Source of the DNA: Waterburya sp.
GTDB lineage: Bacteria; Cyanobacteriota; Cyanobacteriia; Cyanobacteriales; Xenococcaceae
Assembly: GCA_965217895.1 (NCBI GenBank)
Contig: CBDCJV010000002.1
Span: forward strand, 2,848,001-2,912,000
Length of the DNA: 64,000 nt
Direction: 5' to 3'
A program made the position numbers and the translations under genes. Positions 62,344 through 64,000 of this stretch are shown one piece after another. The first letter of the stretch is position 1; each line of letters starts with the position of its first letter. The notes beneath the pieces are model-generated. The model searched no databases. It had not been told where the DNA came from and saw nothing but the letters and a program-made list of their open reading frames with translations.

Positions 62344-63024
62344 TTAAAACTCAACTTGTGCCAAACGCTTCTGTAACATCCCTGGGAAAGCCTCATAGTA
62401 TTTTTGATTGAGGGGAGAAGGATGGGGCAAGGGTAGCAATTTCACTGAACGTTGATGAGTCATGCCCAGATCGTCTGTAGCACTGAGGTTTACGGTTAGA
62501 GAATTTTCAAAGCGATCGCTACTTTTATAAAAACTTTCAACTTCTCCTTTTGCACCATAGGGAACAAACCACTTAAAAGCTTCTGTTCCTAGGGGGATAA
62601 TTTGATCTCCCTGCCAATGAAAGACAAATAATTTCTCTATAAAAGGACGAAATCTTTTTTTTACCTTCATCAAATAAGCTTTGTTTCCTGGTGGCTTATA
62701 CGGCACAGTATTAGTTAATAAAACTCTCTCAATAATCGTCGCGTCTAAATCTTTTCTGGAAGGGGCTTTTTGTTTATAAATCCCATAATAAAAACCTTCT
62801 CTGACCATTGTCCCTGAAGCACCAATCAAAGGTTGCTCAGCATGAACCTCATCTTTACCTAAATCACGACCAAAAAAACAAAGGGGACTTTGTAAATTTC
62901 CTGCATAAAGAATTGGCTTAGTAGGCTCAAGACCAGCAGATTTATATACAGGAATATCTATCGGAAAATCTTCTCTTTGTGCTTCTTGTTGCACCTGAGC
63001 AATTAAAGTAGCAATATCAGACAT
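62344..63024 (-). CDS. Uracil-DNA glycosylase superfamily protein
   Basis: GRDLG.DE...PLIG.SG, LTNTVPYKP, LPHPSP. Confidence 0.8.
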   Translation of the reverse strand: MSDIATLIAQVQQEAQREDFPIDIPVYKSAGLEPTKPILYAGNLQSPLCFFGRDLGKDEVHAEQPLIGASGTMVREGFYYGIYKQKAPSRKDLDATIIERVLLTNTVPYKPPGNKAYLMKVKKRFRPFIEKLFVFHWQGDQIIPLGTEAFKWFVPYGAKGEVESFYKSSDRFENSLTVNLSATDDLGMTHQRSVKLLPLPHPSPLNQKYYEAFPGMLQKRLAQVEF

Positions 63025-63304
63025 AAATTAATTTGGTTAATTATTTAATTATTAAGCTGCTGTCAACGATCGCTCTTTGTGGCGATCGCAGAATAAAAGA
63101 GATTAAGTCTTTAGAAACCAAGGAAATTCTTTTTCATTAGTAAATTCCAACGTCTCAGCTATTTTATAGTTTTTTTGCCCACCTATTTAGTTTTTAAGCT
63201 TGAGACTTTCTAACTCAGATCGCGGTAAAATAATAAAAAGTCAAAAAACTTAATAACAGTTCAACTTATACCTACATTTTAAGGAAAACAATTAAGCAAT
63301 AGTC

Positions 63305-63568
63305 ATGATTCTTCAAGATCCGCAAACAATTCGGCATTATCAAACAATCACCGACGGCATGGTAAACCTCTGGCGTAGACGCTATAGCTTTGAGGAAATT
63401 AGATTGTATTTGGATGGCTATATTGCTTGTTTGCGCAACAGCAACTTTATTGAGCAATACCAGATTCATAAATTAGAAGAGCAAGCATTAAGCTTTCTGC
63501 GAGATCCCTCTAATTTTGAGCTATCTTTTCCCCAAACCCAAATGGAAACTGACCCAGACTATTATTAA
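63305..63568 (+). CDS. Conserved cyanobacterial protein (DUF6761-like)
   Basis: LQD..TIRHYQ.ITD, RLYLDGY, FLRDPSNFE. Confidence 0.75.
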   Translation: MILQDPQTIRHYQTITDGMVNLWRRRYSFEEIRLYLDGYIACLRNSNFIEQYQIHKLEEQALSFLRDPSNFELSFPQTQMETDPDYY

Positions 63569-63614
63569 CTCGATCAAAAGCCATTAGCTCTAAAGTATAT
63601 AAAATATTTAAAAC

Positions 63615-63650
63615 ACGAAAGAGACGGATAGTTACAGCCGTCTCTTTCGT
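63615..63650. terminator. Hairpin between convergent genes
   Basis: ACGAAAGAGACGG-N10-CCGTCTCTTTCGT. Confidence 0.7.
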
Positions 63651-63667
63651 ATTATGGGCAGCAAATT

Positions 63668-63991
63668 TCAGGAGGCCAAAGCAACTTCCACCATCTGTTG
63701 CAGTTCACCACTTTGATACAGTTCGATCGCAATATCTGAACCGCCAACAAACTCCCCATTAATGTATATTTGCGGGATAGTAGGCCAGTTAGAATATTCT
63801 TTAATTCCTTGGCGTATATCTTGATCTGCCAAAATATCTACGGTTTCGTAAGGAACACCCAGAGTGTTGAGAATTTGGACTACATTGTTAGAAAAACCAC
63901 ACTGGGGCATCAGTTTCGATCCCTTCATAAATACCATGACTTTGTTGTCATTAAGTAATTTATCAATTTTTGTTTTTACTTCAGGTGTCAT
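63668..63991 (-). CDS. grxD: Monothiol glutaredoxin Grx4
   Basis: FMKG....PQCGFS, WPTIPQ, GGSD. Confidence 0.96.
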   Translation of the reverse strand: MTPEVKTKIDKLLNDNKVMVFMKGSKLMPQCGFSNNVVQILNTLGVPYETVDILADQDIRQGIKEYSNWPTIPQIYINGEFVGGSDIAIELYQSGELQQMVEVALAS

Positions 63992-64000
63992 AAGTCTTAA

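Noticed and set aside
61543..63024. GIY-YIG plus UDG-like pair as a defence or restriction system
   Set aside because: Both look like conserved cyanobacterial genes in core context next to grxD; no methylase, ATPase or mobility signs.
1947..63958. Many 60-125 aa ORFs antisense to or overlapping core genes (e.g. 2366, 3826, 10307, 27682, 47546, 49415, 63770)
   Set aside because: Shadow frames of well-supported genes with no motifs.
1..64000. CRISPR array, prophage, integron or defence island
   Set aside because: No regularly spaced repeat-spacer array, integrase, phage or cas genes were seen; the repeats are STRR, REP or MITE types.

Overview
AT-rich cyanobacterial chromosome segment, judged from psbA, kaiABC, petE/petJ, ycf54 and very dense HIP1 GCGATCGC sites. 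A Pleurocapsales-like source is my inference from the repeat style and is not verified. Most of the window is core genes: purB, tRNA-Lys(TTT), cofG, psbA, lpxD, ycf54, menG, gltX, cbiD, guaA, mtnP, tatC, kaiABC, gmk, remA, NFACT, corA, mrdA, murF, recA, a cobalamin riboswitch ahead of cbiMNQO, petE/petJ and grxD. I saw no CRISPR array, prophage, intact transposase or defence island. The less obvious content is: (i) a candidate NtcA-driven ~130-nt RNA or attenuating leader upstream of corA, closed by a terminator built from a double HIP1; (ii) head-to-head petE/petJ sharing an array of GAC-N5-GTC boxes; (iii) an apparently ATPase-dead hybrid kinase divergent from kaiA; (iv) two tandem uncharacterised ~440-aa paralogs; (v) several pseudogenes and nested miniature palindromic mobile elements, including a 52-bp insertion whose removal restores a transposase frame and a gene truncated at a HIP1 site. 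All product calls come from recognising motifs by eye, without database searches.
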